The position numbers and the translations under genes are program-made. 64,000 bases of DNA from an uncultured Clostridia bacterium. Lineage in GTDB: Bacteria; Bacillota; Clostridia; Oscillospirales; Acutalibacteraceae. This document shows positions 47,172-56,706 of this stretch, in pieces (within the stretch, counting starts at the first letter, position 1; each line of letters opens with the position of its first letter). Under the pieces are notes generated by a model. That model worked only from the letters and a program-made list of their open reading frames with translations. It was not told the origin of the DNA and did not search any database. The stretch is from NCBI GenBank assembly GCA_947624285.1, contig CANQJS010000002.1:16993-80992 (forward strand). The letters are read 5' to 3'.

Positions 47172-48602
47172 TTATTTTTCCTCCTTATAAAAATCCCTTA
47201 AAGCGGGATATAATTTTTTGAATTTATCATATTTGTTCTTGTAAATATCAACAAGTTCTTTATTCGGATTTACTGTGTAAAGAATATCATTTTCAATCTC
47301 CGGATTAAGACCTGTTGCCCGCGCCGCGAGAATCGCTCCGCCGAGCGCAGGACCTTCATTATTTATAACGCTTATCTGAGTTGCGAGAACATTTGAAAGG
47401 ATTTCCATCCACATCCTGCTTTTTGAGCCGCCGCCGCAAACGGTGGCTTTTTTTATCCCGTTCGGTATAAGGCTGACGCAATCTTTGATAGCAAAAGCGA
47501 CCCCCTCAAAAAGCGCCGTTTGCAGATCAGCCCTTTCCGTATTGAGCGACAGACCGATGAAAGCGCCGCGAATATCCGAATCGTTATGCGGGCATCTTTC
47601 CCCCGCGAGATACGGCATAAAATAAAGCTGTTTGTTTGCCGTATCGGTATTTAATTCGGCGGTGTTTTTACCGTAATCATCCGTATCAAAAATGTTTTCA
47701 ACAAGCCATTTGTTTGCGCTCGCGGCGGAAAGAATACAGCCCATTAAATGATATTTTCCGTTCGCGTGGCAGAAGGAATGGAGCGCGGGATTGGCTGTTT
47801 TCACATAATTCTCGGTCGGCACAAAAACCGTTCCGCTTGTGCCGAGCGAAATATTGCATTGGCCGTCATAAACGGTATTCGTTCCGATCGCCGCGGCGGC
47901 ATTGTCTCCCGCGCCTGCGCAAACGGTTATGTTTTCGCCGAGCCCAAATTCGGGCTTGACTCTGCCTATGGGCTTGCCGCTCTCATAAACTGCCGGCAGC
48001 ATATCCTTTGATATGCCGCAAAGCTCAAGCATTTCATCGGACCAGCGGCGGTTTTCAACGTCAAACAGCAGCGTTCCCGACGCGTCGCTGACATCAGTTG
48101 CGAGAACGCCCGTGAGCATGTAATTTATATAATCCTTCGGCAGGCAGATTTTGGCGCATTTCGCAAAATTTTCGGGCTCGTTTTCTTTTACCCAAAGGAT
48201 TTTGGTTGCGGTAAAGCCCGCGAAAGCGATATTGCCCGTCAATTTTTGCAGGGTAGCCTTTCCGACCACATTGTTGAGATAATCGGTCTGCCTGCCTGTT
48301 CTCGTATCGTTCCAGAGAATGGCGGGGCGAATGACATTATAGCTTTTATCAAGCATAACAAGGCCGTGCATTTGACCGCCCACGCCTATGCCCGCGATAT
48401 CGCCGGCGGCGTTATCCGAAGTCAGCTCGCAAAGCCCCTCTTTAACGGCATTCTGCCAATCGGCGGGGTCTTGCTCGCTTTTGCCGTCCTCGGAAAAGTC
48501 AAGCGGATATGTCTTTGAAACCTGCCCGATAATATTCATTTTTTCATCGGTCAGAATTATTTTTACAGACGATGTTCCCAAATCAATTCCGATAAATTTC
48601 AT
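47172..48602 (-). CDS. xylB: Xylulokinase (FGGY family)
   Basis: 'IGIDLGTSSVK', 'GQMHG', 'RPAILWND.R', 'GAGDNAA', 'PYLAGERCPH'. Confidence 0.92.
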   Translation of the reverse strand: MKFIGIDLGTSSVKIILTDEKMNIIGQVSKTYPLDFSEDGKSEQDPADWQNAVKEGLCELTSDNAAGDIAGIGVGGQMHGLVMLDKSYNVIRPAILWNDTRTGRQTDYLNNVVGKATLQKLTGNIAFAGFTATKILWVKENEPENFAKCAKICLPKDYINYMLTGVLATDVSDASGTLLFDVENRRWSDEMLELCGISKDMLPAVYESGKPIGRVKPEFGLGENITVCAGAGDNAAAAIGTNTVYDGQCNISLGTSGTVFVPTENYVKTANPALHSFCHANGKYHLMGCILSAASANKWLVENIFDTDDYGKNTAELNTDTANKQLYFMPYLAGERCPHNDSDIRGAFIGLSLNTERADLQTALFEGVAFAIKDCVSLIPNGIKKATVCGGGSKSRMWMEILSNVLATQISVINNEGPALGGAILAARATGLNPEIENDILYTVNPNKELVDIYKNKYDKFKKLYPALRDFYKEEK

Positions 48603-48662
48603 TGTATCACCCGATTTCGGCCTTTGTTATGCAGGATTTAATAATTCCGTGAAAATTTAAAA

Positions 48663-49571
48663 TCAAAACAACTTTTTCTTTTTGAAAAATATAAATTCGG
48701 CAACTACTATCGCTATCGCCGCTATTATCACCGTGAGATAACCGAAGCGCCACTTCAGCTCCGGCATATTTACGAAATTCATTCCGTACCAACCGGTAAG
48801 CAGAGTGAGCGGCAGAAAAAATGTTGTAACTATCGTGATTATTCCCATTGTTTTGTTTTGCTTTGCGTCCTGCTCCGACTGATAAAGCTCCCTAAGCTGA
48901 AGCATATTCTCGCGCAAAAGAAGCACATGATTTTGCAGCCTTTCGGCGCGCTTTGCGAAGCTTTCCCATTCCTGCGGGTTTTTGACCGTCTCTTTGCACG
49001 CCGAAGAGTGAAACAGTTCTCCTATATCGGCAAGCTGATCGTAATAGGCGTTGAGTTCGGAGAGCTTTTGCCTGTGCCGCGTGAGCTCGGCAAAGAAATC
49101 CTTTGTCTCTCCGCGGCCTATATTCTCCTCCAGCTTTTCGGCTTCGGCCTCTATGTGCAGAAGATACATCAAATCGTCCTCGGTGGCAAGCTCCAAAACG
49201 GACAGAAGAAGCCTATCGGGCGAATAGGGCTCGGGCAGGGACTTTGCGTGCTTTTCAAGCCAAGGCTTAAACCTGCCGCCGTCCTCAAAAAAGCATATTT
49301 CCCGCTCGGTAAGATAAAATCCAAATGTCAACGCGGGCGACTTTTCTTCCTTTTTTTGAGGGATCCTGACTGTGCCGATAACGCAATCCCTGAATGCCTC
49401 CGCCTTGCAGTAGCGTATCGAGCCGAGGCTGTGCGCAAGTTCTTTTCGGCGGGGGAATTTATCCGCGTTTTCGTGAAATTCCTCACTGCTCACAACCGTA
49501 AAAATCCGCCGCTTTTGCTCGCTTTGCTCCTCGGAGAATATTTTTGCATTCATTTCCGTTGTGTTTTCCAT
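48663..49571 (-). CDS. CorA-family Mg2+ transporter
   Basis: 'FLPLTLLTGWYGMNFVNMPEL'. Confidence 0.92.
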   Translation of the reverse strand: MENTTEMNAKIFSEEQSEQKRRIFTVVSSEEFHENADKFPRRKELAHSLGSIRYCKAEAFRDCVIGTVRIPQKKEEKSPALTFGFYLTEREICFFEDGGRFKPWLEKHAKSLPEPYSPDRLLLSVLELATEDDLMYLLHIEAEAEKLEENIGRGETKDFFAELTRHRQKLSELNAYYDQLADIGELFHSSACKETVKNPQEWESFAKRAERLQNHVLLLRENMLQLRELYQSEQDAKQNKTMGIITIVTTFFLPLTLLTGWYGMNFVNMPELKWRFGYLTVIIAAIAIVVAEFIFFKKKKLF

Positions 49572-49667
49572 ATTCTCTGCCTCCGTTTGCGCCGTGTATC
49601 ATAATAGCGGCGCGCCCTTACCTCGCCGCATATTTCGATGCGAATAAAACGCGCTCAAACAAACGCT

Positions 49668-50717
49668 TTACGCCTTTATTTGCTCAAACGAATACATCGT
49701 TTTCGCGTTTTCGTCAAGCGTGTTTATCACCGTAAGCGTACAGGAAGGCTCTATATAATCATCCCTTCCCGCTCCGTATCCGCTTACGGAACTAAGCTGA
49801 TAATATCTGCCGTTATAAAACGAACACATATTGTTGCTGTGCTGGTGGGCACACGAAATGAGCGTAATGTTCGCATTTTCTTTGATGATCTCGTCAAACA
49901 CTCCGTCGCCTTTTATGCCGTCGTAGGGATCTGCCTCATACATATCTATCCCTTCATAAGCCTCGCCGCTGTCATACGCGTTTTGAAAGGCGTTTGTCGG
50001 CATATGGAAAAAGACGCTCGTTTTCACATTTTCGGAAAGAACCTCTTCGTTGAGCCAATTTGCCTGATTTTCTGAAATGGGCTGATACGGTCCTATCGCT
50101 TTGGGCTTTCTCATGCCTGAATCCATAACGGCTATGCGGTGCGTAAGGTCCTCATTGCGATAAATGTCTATCATAAACTGCATTGCGCCGTCTATATTCT
50201 TTTCATTTCCGTAAAGAAAATGCCCATAGCGCATCATAAAAGATATAATGCTTTCGTTGCTTCCGTCAATTTCGGAATCGTTGTTTCCGGGGGCAAATGT
50301 CCACGGTATTTCATATTGCTCTATAAGCTTCGCGAATATGTCTATAGCGCCGAATTTATCGTATTTAGCGTTTAAATTGAAGCCGTCAACAAGATCGCCG
50401 TCAACAATTATCAGGTCGCAGGGAGTTTTATCCAAAATCGCCTTTAAACCGTCAAGCGTATGTCTGTCGTTTTCACAAGTTCCGTTTATAAAATGTGTGT
50501 CGTTTATTTTAAGCACCCTGAAAATTCCGTTGTCGTCCGTCGATAATTTCGCCGATAGATCATCGGAATATACGGCGGCGTAACCGTCGGCGGCGTTTGA
50601 TTTATCGCAATTAAATCTGTAAAACAGATAACCTCCGAACGCCCCCGCGATAATCAGCGCGGCTGCCAAAACCGCCGATATGATTTTTATGGTTACCTTT
50701 TTCCTGTTTTCACGCAT
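49668..50717 (-). CDS. Membrane-anchored calcineurin-like metallophosphoesterase
   Basis: 'INDTH', 'DGDL', 'PGNND', 'FFHMP', 'AHQH'; N-terminal TM helix. Confidence 0.88.
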   Translation of the reverse strand: MRENRKKVTIKIISAVLAAALIIAGAFGGYLFYRFNCDKSNAADGYAAVYSDDLSAKLSTDDNGIFRVLKINDTHFINGTCENDRHTLDGLKAILDKTPCDLIIVDGDLVDGFNLNAKYDKFGAIDIFAKLIEQYEIPWTFAPGNNDSEIDGSNESIISFMMRYGHFLYGNEKNIDGAMQFMIDIYRNEDLTHRIAVMDSGMRKPKAIGPYQPISENQANWLNEEVLSENVKTSVFFHMPTNAFQNAYDSGEAYEGIDMYEADPYDGIKGDGVFDEIIKENANITLISCAHQHSNNMCSFYNGRYYQLSSVSGYGAGRDDYIEPSCTLTVINTLDENAKTMYSFEQIKA

Positions 50718-50820
50718 AACATTTCCTCCGACAAGCGGGCTGATTTTTATTTTCCCGCGCCTTTTGCCGCTTAGTTCTATGCTATAATTATACATAAGCG
50801 CAAATTTAATGTCAACAAAT

Positions 50821-51140
50821 CGGCTGAGGTGTGAAATCCCCGCCGCGCTGTTGCGCCCACTTGACGATGGCGTATGTATATTCTATACTTATTGCATAGT
50901 TTTTTCGTAAGCGTATCATAGATTCTGCAAAATTGTTAGAGTGGCTTACGGTTGGAAAGAAAATCTGCATTCGCTTTACCAAAGATGTGCTTTTCCGATG
51001 ATTATAAATTCTATTGCTCGGGCGGTATAAAAAGACCGGAGATCGGAAATGCCGTTCTTCCATTGCTTTTCGTAGCAATAGCCAAACAGATGTTAAAAGC
51101 AATCAAAAAAAGTGAAGCCGCCGAATAACCGGCGACTTTA
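50821..51140 (+). pseudogene. Decayed, internally deleted relic of the R-M1 cassette (palindrome, promoter, 82-aa gene 5' end fused to C5-MTase 3' end)
   Basis: 50848-50990 aligns with 35062-35205; 50990-51135 aligns with 36495-36640 (DDYKFY...EIGNAV.PLL..AIAKQML). Confidence 0.85.
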
Positions 51141-51175
51141 AAAATCAAAATATTTTTTATGATAAGGAGTTAATT

Positions 51176-52252
51176 TTGAAACGGTTTAAATATCATTTTG
51201 AGCCCGAATACGGATGGATGAACGATCCGAACGGACTGATTTATTTTAAAGGCAAATATCACGCGTTTTTTCAGCACAACCCGAATGAGCCCAAATGGGG
51301 GCAGATGCATTGGGGGCACGCCGTCAGCGATGATTTGATACATTGGGAAGAACTGCCGATCGCGCTTAAACCCGATATGGATTATGAAAATGACGGAGGT
51401 TGTTTTTCCGGTAGCGCAGTTGAAAAAGACGGAATTATGTATTTGTTCTACACATCGGTGTCGGACAGATACGGTCAAACTCAGTCCGTGGCGATAAGCG
51501 ATGACGGAGTCAATTTCAAAAAATACGACGGTAATCCCATAATTTTAAAACCGCCAACCGACGGCAGCGCGGATTTCAGAGATCCAAAAGTGACCGTTAT
51601 TGACGGTAAATACTATATGGTCATCGGCTCGGGAAAGGACGGTATCGGAAAAGTTCTTCTTTATAAATCGGAGAATTTGCTTGATTGGGAATATATAGGC
51701 GTTCTTTACGAAAACGCAGATTTCGGAAAAGTTTTTGAATGCCCCGATTTCTTTAAAATCGGAGATAATTATGTGCTTTTGTTCAGTAAAATGATACCGG
51801 ATATGAACAAAACACAATTTATTATAGGGGATTTTGACGGAGAAAAATTTTATCCCAAATCCTTTCAGTCGCCCGAAAACGGACCACAGTTTTACGCGCC
51901 TCAGACTTTTCAAGACGATGGCGGGCGAAGAATTTTGATCGCTTGGTTTTATAATTGGGAAAAGAAACCGAGCCCAAAGCTTAACTTTGCCGGCGCGTTA
52001 ACTATTCCGAGAGAAGTGAAAATATACGACGGCAAAATTCGCTTATTCCCCGTTGAACAGGCGTATCATCTGCTAAGCGGCGAGGATGAATCTGTAAAAA
52101 TCTATAAGGATAAGGTAATAATGACGGATTCAAAAGGGTGTCATAAATTGTGCTACAAGGGCATTGTGAAAAGTGTTCATATACTTCGTGACAAAAAAGC
52201 TCTTGAGATATTTATAAATAAAGGCGAGGCGTCGTATTCATATTGGATTTAA
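51176..52252 (+). CDS. GH32 beta-fructofuranosidase / sucrose-6-phosphate hydrolase
   Basis: 'WMNDPNG', 'WGHA.S.D', 'FSGSA', 'FRDP', 'FECP', 'FYAPQTF'. Confidence 0.95.
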   Translation: MKRFKYHFEPEYGWMNDPNGLIYFKGKYHAFFQHNPNEPKWGQMHWGHAVSDDLIHWEELPIALKPDMDYENDGGCFSGSAVEKDGIMYLFYTSVSDRYGQTQSVAISDDGVNFKKYDGNPIILKPPTDGSADFRDPKVTVIDGKYYMVIGSGKDGIGKVLLYKSENLLDWEYIGVLYENADFGKVFECPDFFKIGDNYVLLFSKMIPDMNKTQFIIGDFDGEKFYPKSFQSPENGPQFYAPQTFQDDGGRRILIAWFYNWEKKPSPKLNFAGALTIPREVKIYDGKIRLFPVEQAYHLLSGEDESVKIYKDKVIMTDSKGCHKLCYKGIVKSVHILRDKKALEIFINKGEASYSYWI

Positions 52253-52267
52253 AAAATAAATGCCCGC

Positions 52268-53302
52268 TTATATAAAATTCAAAACACCCTTTGTATAGAA
52301 GCAGAAATTATCGGTAGCTCCCAACGATGGATCAAGCCTAAATGCGCCGTCAAGGATTTTTGAATGATCGGCGGCATCCCTTTTGCAAACCGTTACGCGG
52401 CAGTATTTTGTCACTTCCGCGTTAAATCTCAAAGTGAATTGAACGGGGTCGGCGATAGTTCCGTAAAAGAGCTGCTGGTTTGCTCCCGTGAGGGCGAACA
52501 CCGAGTTGATGTCCGTCTTTTCTTTTGTAAACGCAACGGTTTGATTTGATATGTTATCTTTTCCATCATACCAAATCTTGATATGTGTGGCGTCAACGAT
52601 TTTTGTTTTGATGTTACCGTTGCCGGCAACGCGTTTAAACTGATCCAGCACTCCTGCGCCGTCGGTAATAGTGATCGCCGTTGCCTCTGTGGTGTGACCC
52701 GAAAGGTCAAATGTTCTTCCGTTGTTGTTCGGTATTCTTGTGTGATTCTTGCACGCCTCAAGTATCGCTTTGTAGCAGCGGAAAGCGTCGTAATAGTTGT
52801 TGAATATCGACTTTGCCCAAGTTTTGCACTCGCTTGCGTCGTAGCTGTAATCCGTTCGTGCGCCTGTTTCCGCTTCCCATATCAAAACCTGAGTGGCGAG
52901 CTGTGCGTCATCGTTGCTGTAGCCGTATGTGAAGTTCGGATAGCCCCAAATGGATACATGTGTTACAATGTCTCTTGCCTTGTCTGAATATTCATCATTC
53001 CAAAGATCTGTTTTATCAATGTTTGTTGCCTTTGCGTCTGCACCGGTGCATCCTTCGTAGATCTGCATACAGTAGATTGGCTCGCCTGTTGAGGTCAGGT
53101 TTCTCAACGCCACCTGACCGCTGCCCGAATGATAATCGCCGTTGGCGGTTTGAAATGTACCGCCCGTATTGTAGTAGGCGTTGATATGCCTTTCGGTGTA
53201 AGAATACGAATTGCCCGCCGTAAGTGCGTATGCCGGAACGCTCGCAAGCAGCGCCAGCGCAAACAACACTACGGCAAGCAGTCTTGATAGTTTTCTTTTC
53301 AT
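52268..53302 (-). CDS. Secreted thioester-domain (Cys-Gln) surface protein, apparently C-terminally truncated
   Basis: Signal peptide, 'IYCMQ' and 'ATQVLIWE'; ends just after the start of a SpaA/prealbumin-like domain with no anchor. Confidence 0.7.
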   Translation of the reverse strand: MKRKLSRLLAVVLFALALLASVPAYALTAGNSYSYTERHINAYYNTGGTFQTANGDYHSGSGQVALRNLTSTGEPIYCMQIYEGCTGADAKATNIDKTDLWNDEYSDKARDIVTHVSIWGYPNFTYGYSNDDAQLATQVLIWEAETGARTDYSYDASECKTWAKSIFNNYYDAFRCYKAILEACKNHTRIPNNNGRTFDLSGHTTEATAITITDGAGVLDQFKRVAGNGNIKTKIVDATHIKIWYDGKDNISNQTVAFTKEKTDINSVFALTGANQQLFYGTIADPVQFTLRFNAEVTKYCRVTVCKRDAADHSKILDGAFRLDPSLGATDNFCFYTKGVLNFI

Positions 53303-53503
53303 TACTTGACTCCTTTCTGTTTATATTTTGTTTTGAAAAGAAAAAATATATCGCTAAACCGCTGCTTTTTCACCTCCCTTGCGGCATAACTTAAAATAAA
53401 AATCGCCGCTAATTTTTGCGGCGTTTTCTGCGAATGAATAAAAAAACGGCTCTTGATTTCTCAAAAGCCGTTGATTATTGAATATTCTGTTTTTTGCTTT
53501 CAA

Positions 53504-54247
53504 TCACCAAAGAATATAAAAAAACTCTTCGGTTGCATCATAGTAGCAATATGCTTCCTTTGGTGCACCTTGCGGATAAAATGCTTTGTCAAAAAATAAG
53601 TCAACTTCTGCTTTACAGTTGCGGAGTGTTGTACCACTGTCAAGCCGTTTCTGTTGGGCGTCGATTCTCCCATTCCACCCGGCGGGTATATGATTCGGAT
53701 CTTCGGGATCATACATAAGGGGCTCATCACTCCTGCCGGGCAGAGGATAATATTTTTCGTTGAGCGTTATCCCTCTGCTCTTGATGTAAGCGTTTACCTC
53801 TGCCTGTACCTGCTGCGGTGTAACATGCTTTTTGATGGTTGTGGGCTTCTTTGTCGTGGCTGCCTTTTTCGTCGTCATAACCGGCTTCTTAGTGGTAGTC
53901 GGTTTCTTCGTAGTCGTTACCGCCTTTTTGGTGGTGGTAACGGGCTTCTTCGTGGTCGTTTCTTTTTTCGTAGTTGCCTCTTTTTTCGTTGTTGCCTCGG
54001 TAGGCTTCTGCGCCTCGCTCTGTTCTTTATTGTCGGCGGTCTCATCGGCGGTCTCATCTTCGGCCGCAACCGCTTCCGTGGGCTTTTCTTCCGCGCCGAC
54101 CTGAGCGTCAACGGGAGTAAGCGTATCGCTCGCCTGTTCCGTAGACGGGGCGGTCGTGTTCTCGTTCGTGCCTTGAGCCGAACAGCTCGCGAATATCATC
54201 GCACCGATTATCATCAAGCATATTATCAATATAACCTTCTTGTTCAT
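53504..54247 (-). CDS. Lipoprotein with Thr/Lys-rich low-complexity linker
   Basis: Lipobox 'FASC'; tandem 'TTKKP/A/E' repeats. Confidence 0.85.
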   Translation of the reverse strand: MNKKVILIICLMIIGAMIFASCSAQGTNENTTAPSTEQASDTLTPVDAQVGAEEKPTEAVAAEDETADETADNKEQSEAQKPTEATTKKEATTKKETTTKKPVTTTKKAVTTTKKPTTTKKPVMTTKKAATTKKPTTIKKHVTPQQVQAEVNAYIKSRGITLNEKYYPLPGRSDEPLMYDPEDPNHIPAGWNGRIDAQQKRLDSGTTLRNCKAEVDLFFDKAFYPQGAPKEAYCYYDATEEFFYILW

Positions 54248-54421
54248 AACCTTTTCTCCTTTCGTCTTTCATCATTTTAATAATATTTTATAAATTTCCC
54301 ATTGTCAAATGTGTTGGTGAAAATATATAAAATTAGGCGCTTTCTGTGAAAAAATACGGTCTTTTACGCGCCGATTTAAATATGCTCTTGACAAAAAGCG
54401 TTATCCGCTTTACAATATAAG

Positions 54422-54512
54422 TGAACAGGGAGCTTTCCGATAGACGGTTAGCCCCGGTGTTGAGTTAAAGAAATAACTGCTTCCGTAAGCTGTTGGCGGT
54501 TATTTCTTTTTT
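54422..54512 (+). ncRNA. Putative type I antitoxin RNA
   Basis: Promoter TTGACA(54388)-17 bp-TACAAT; terminator AAGAAATAACTGC...GCGGTTATTTCTTTTTT overlaps the toxin stop codon. Confidence 0.65.
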
Positions 54513-54574
54513 ATTGCCGTTATGTAGCCTGTGGCTGCAATTAGAATAATAACAATTACTGTCAAATATTCCAT
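54500..54574 (-). CDS. Putative type I toxin MEYLTVIVIILIAATGYITAIKKK (24 aa)
   Basis: Single hydrophobic helix with basic tail; own promoter TTGATT(54686)-17 bp-TATGAT; convergent small RNA. Confidence 0.7.
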   Translation of the reverse strand: MEYLTVIVIILIAATGYITAIKKK

Positions 54575-54788
54575 AGGCACGCCCCATTTCAGGGGCAGGA
54601 TTTAACCGCCTACCGTTATGGATAGCTCTCTGCCGGACAACTTAATGTCCTGAATAAATCATACTAAATACATATTCAAAAATCAAGCTGTTTTCTTTAA
54701 GCACAAAACCGCGGGTGAAATCCACCAGCGGCTTTTTTACATCTCTTCGGCAAATATTTATTTTAATACTAAGAAACGCCGAAAAAAT

Positions 54789-55220
54789 TTATTGCTTTTC
54801 GTTATGGAATCGCTCTATTATTTCATCCATTGTTATTCTCTTCATGCTCAATGACAAATCTTCGCTTATTTTTGCATACGGCGCATCCAGCACTTTATAA
54901 ATTATTTTACCTACGGGGCACAAGGGAGACGGTCTTTTATGAATACCTATCAGTTTTTTCATCGCGTCCGGCTCTATCGCGGTATAAATTTTATACAAAT
55001 CAATTTCTTCGGGCGGGCAATTCAGCGTTGCGCCTCCCGTTCCGGATTTAACCGATAATATGCCCGCCTTTTTAAGTGCGCTTATAATTCCGCGCACCGT
55101 AACGGGATTACAGCCGGTGGAAGCTGCCATCATCTCGCTTGTAAGCTTTATTTTATCGCCGTATTCATTTATCAGAATAAGACAGTGAACGGCGATTGAC
55201 AGTTTTGTGCTTATATGCAT
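54789..55220 (-). CDS. Rrf2-family regulator (YwnA/HypR-like)
   Basis: 'ISTKLSIAVHCL', 'NPVTVR', 'GTGGATL', 'CPVG'. Confidence 0.92.
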   Translation of the reverse strand: MHISTKLSIAVHCLILINEYGDKIKLTSEMMAASTGCNPVTVRGIISALKKAGILSVKSGTGGATLNCPPEEIDLYKIYTAIEPDAMKKLIGIHKRPSPLCPVGKIIYKVLDAPYAKISEDLSLSMKRITMDEIIERFHNEKQ

Positions 55221-55319
55221 AACGGCGGCCTCCATATTTCGATTTAAGGAAAATAAGAAGATTACACATCGGTTTTCCCCTTAGATATATAGTAACACAA
55301 AGTTTTATCTGTGTAAATA

Positions 55320-55378
55320 TTGACACGGCTTTGTTTTCGTAATATACTTGTGGCATAATGTAAGTTTAAAAATTACAT
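55320..55378 (+). promoter_or_regulatory. Promoter and Rrf2-type operator for the dehydratase operon
   Basis: TTGACA-17 bp-TATACT, then ATGTAA-N9-TTACAT at 55358-55378. Confidence 0.65.
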
Positions 55379-55431
55379 CAACTGCGACCGAAAGCAGGCA
55401 AAAATTTGTTTATTATTTTTGATGGTGCGTT

Positions 55432-56706
55432 ATGAACAAAGCAATAGAGATCTTCGGAAATCATATTTACGGATTAACTCAAAAAAATCCGCAAAAAGCG
55501 TTAAAACAGCTATCATTTGTTTACAGCGCCGCCGGACTTCAGTGCAAATATTTTCCGAGCAGGCAGCTTTTGCCCGCGCGCCAATATATGCAGTGGGCGG
55601 CTGCCGACGCGGCGATAAAGCCGTTGAGAAATCCCGATAACTCAGCGATCGTAAGCCTTTATCTTCCCTGCGAGATATTGCACGCTATGGGGATATATCA
55701 AATGTTTCCCGAAGCGCTTGCCTGCTATCTCGCCGCGGCGGGAAGCGAAAGAATATTTATCGAAACGGCGGAAAATAACGGCGTTCCCAAAACGCTTTGC
55801 TCATATCATAAGGCGTTTATCGGCCTTGCCGAATCGGGCGTGCTGCCCAAGCCTCTGTTTATTATAAATACAAGCCTTGCCTGCGATGTAAATAATCTTT
55901 CATTCAGGCGTATCGCGGAATTTTACAATGTTGCTCATTTTATGATAGATGTTCCTATGAAATACAGCGAAAGCAATTTGCGTTATGTTGAAGAGCAGCT
56001 GCGAGATTTGGTAGGCTTTATCGAGGAAAACAGCGGTTTAAGGCTTGACGGCGGCAGGCTGGAGGAAACCGTTGAAAGAAGCAAACGAACGATCGGAAAT
56101 TTCAGAAAAATACTGCAATTGAGAAAAGACAGATATTTATCAGACGAAATGACTTCGCAAATGCTTTCCGTTTTCGCCACTCATATTATGCTCGGCACAA
56201 AAGAGGCGGAAAAATACAGTGATGATATGATAGAGCAATTGCGCAAGCGTCCGAAAATCCACAAGGGCGTTCGCCTTCTTTGGGTCCACACTCTGCCTTA
56301 TTGGCAGGACGCTCTTCGCTTTTTGATAAACTTTACCGAAAGATGCGAGATAGTGGCGTGCGATATGGTTTTTGACGCCCTTGATGTTGACCTCGGCGAA
56401 AAAGATCCTTATCGGTTTATGGCGGCAAGACTTTTGGGAAACACCGTAAACGGCGAAGGAGACAGGAGAATAAACGCCGTTTTAAAATACGCAAAGGAAT
56501 TGGAAGCCGACGGAGTGGTGTGGTATTGCCACTGGGGCTGCAAGCAGACTGCCGGCGCCTCCTCAACGGCTAAGGAGATACTTGAAAAAAACGGTATTCC
56601 AACCCTCGTTCTTGACGGCGACGGCTGCAATTCGCAAAATGTAAACGACGGGCAGACCGTTACAAGAATGGAAGCGTTTCTTGAATTATTGGAGAACAAA
56701 ATATGA
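55432..56706 (+). CDS. 2-hydroxyacyl-CoA dehydratase subunit (HgdA/B family)
   Basis: 'LCSYHK', 'ACD', 'DGVVWYCHWGCKQ', 'TRMEAFLE'. Confidence 0.88.
   Translation: MNKAIEIFGNHIYGLTQKNPQKALKQLSFVYSAAGLQCKYFPSRQLLPARQYMQWAAADAAIKPLRNPDNSAIVSLYLPCEILHAMGIYQMFPEALACYLAAAGSERIFIETAENNGVPKTLCSYHKAFIGLAESGVLPKPLFIINTSLACDVNNLSFRRIAEFYNVAHFMIDVPMKYSESNLRYVEEQLRDLVGFIEENSGLRLDGGRLEETVERSKRTIGNFRKILQLRKDRYLSDEMTSQMLSVFATHIMLGTKEAEKYSDDMIEQLRKRPKIHKGVRLLWVHTLPYWQDALRFLINFTERCEIVACDMVFDALDVDLGEKDPYRFMAARLLGNTVNGEGDRRINAVLKYAKELEADGVVWYCHWGCKQTAGASSTAKEILEKNGIPTLVLDGDGCNSQNVNDGQTVTRMEAFLELLENKI

Noticed and set aside
33171-51140. CRISPR array or classical integron suggested by the recurring palindromes
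   Set aside because: The spacing is kilobases rather than 30-40 bp, there are no cas genes or intI, and I see no RYYYAAC/GTTRRRY attC ends.
54706-54737. Hairpins with GAAAT loops here and at ~9226-9250 as extra junction palindromes
   Set aside because: Only loosely similar and flanked by A/T runs; ordinary terminators explain them.
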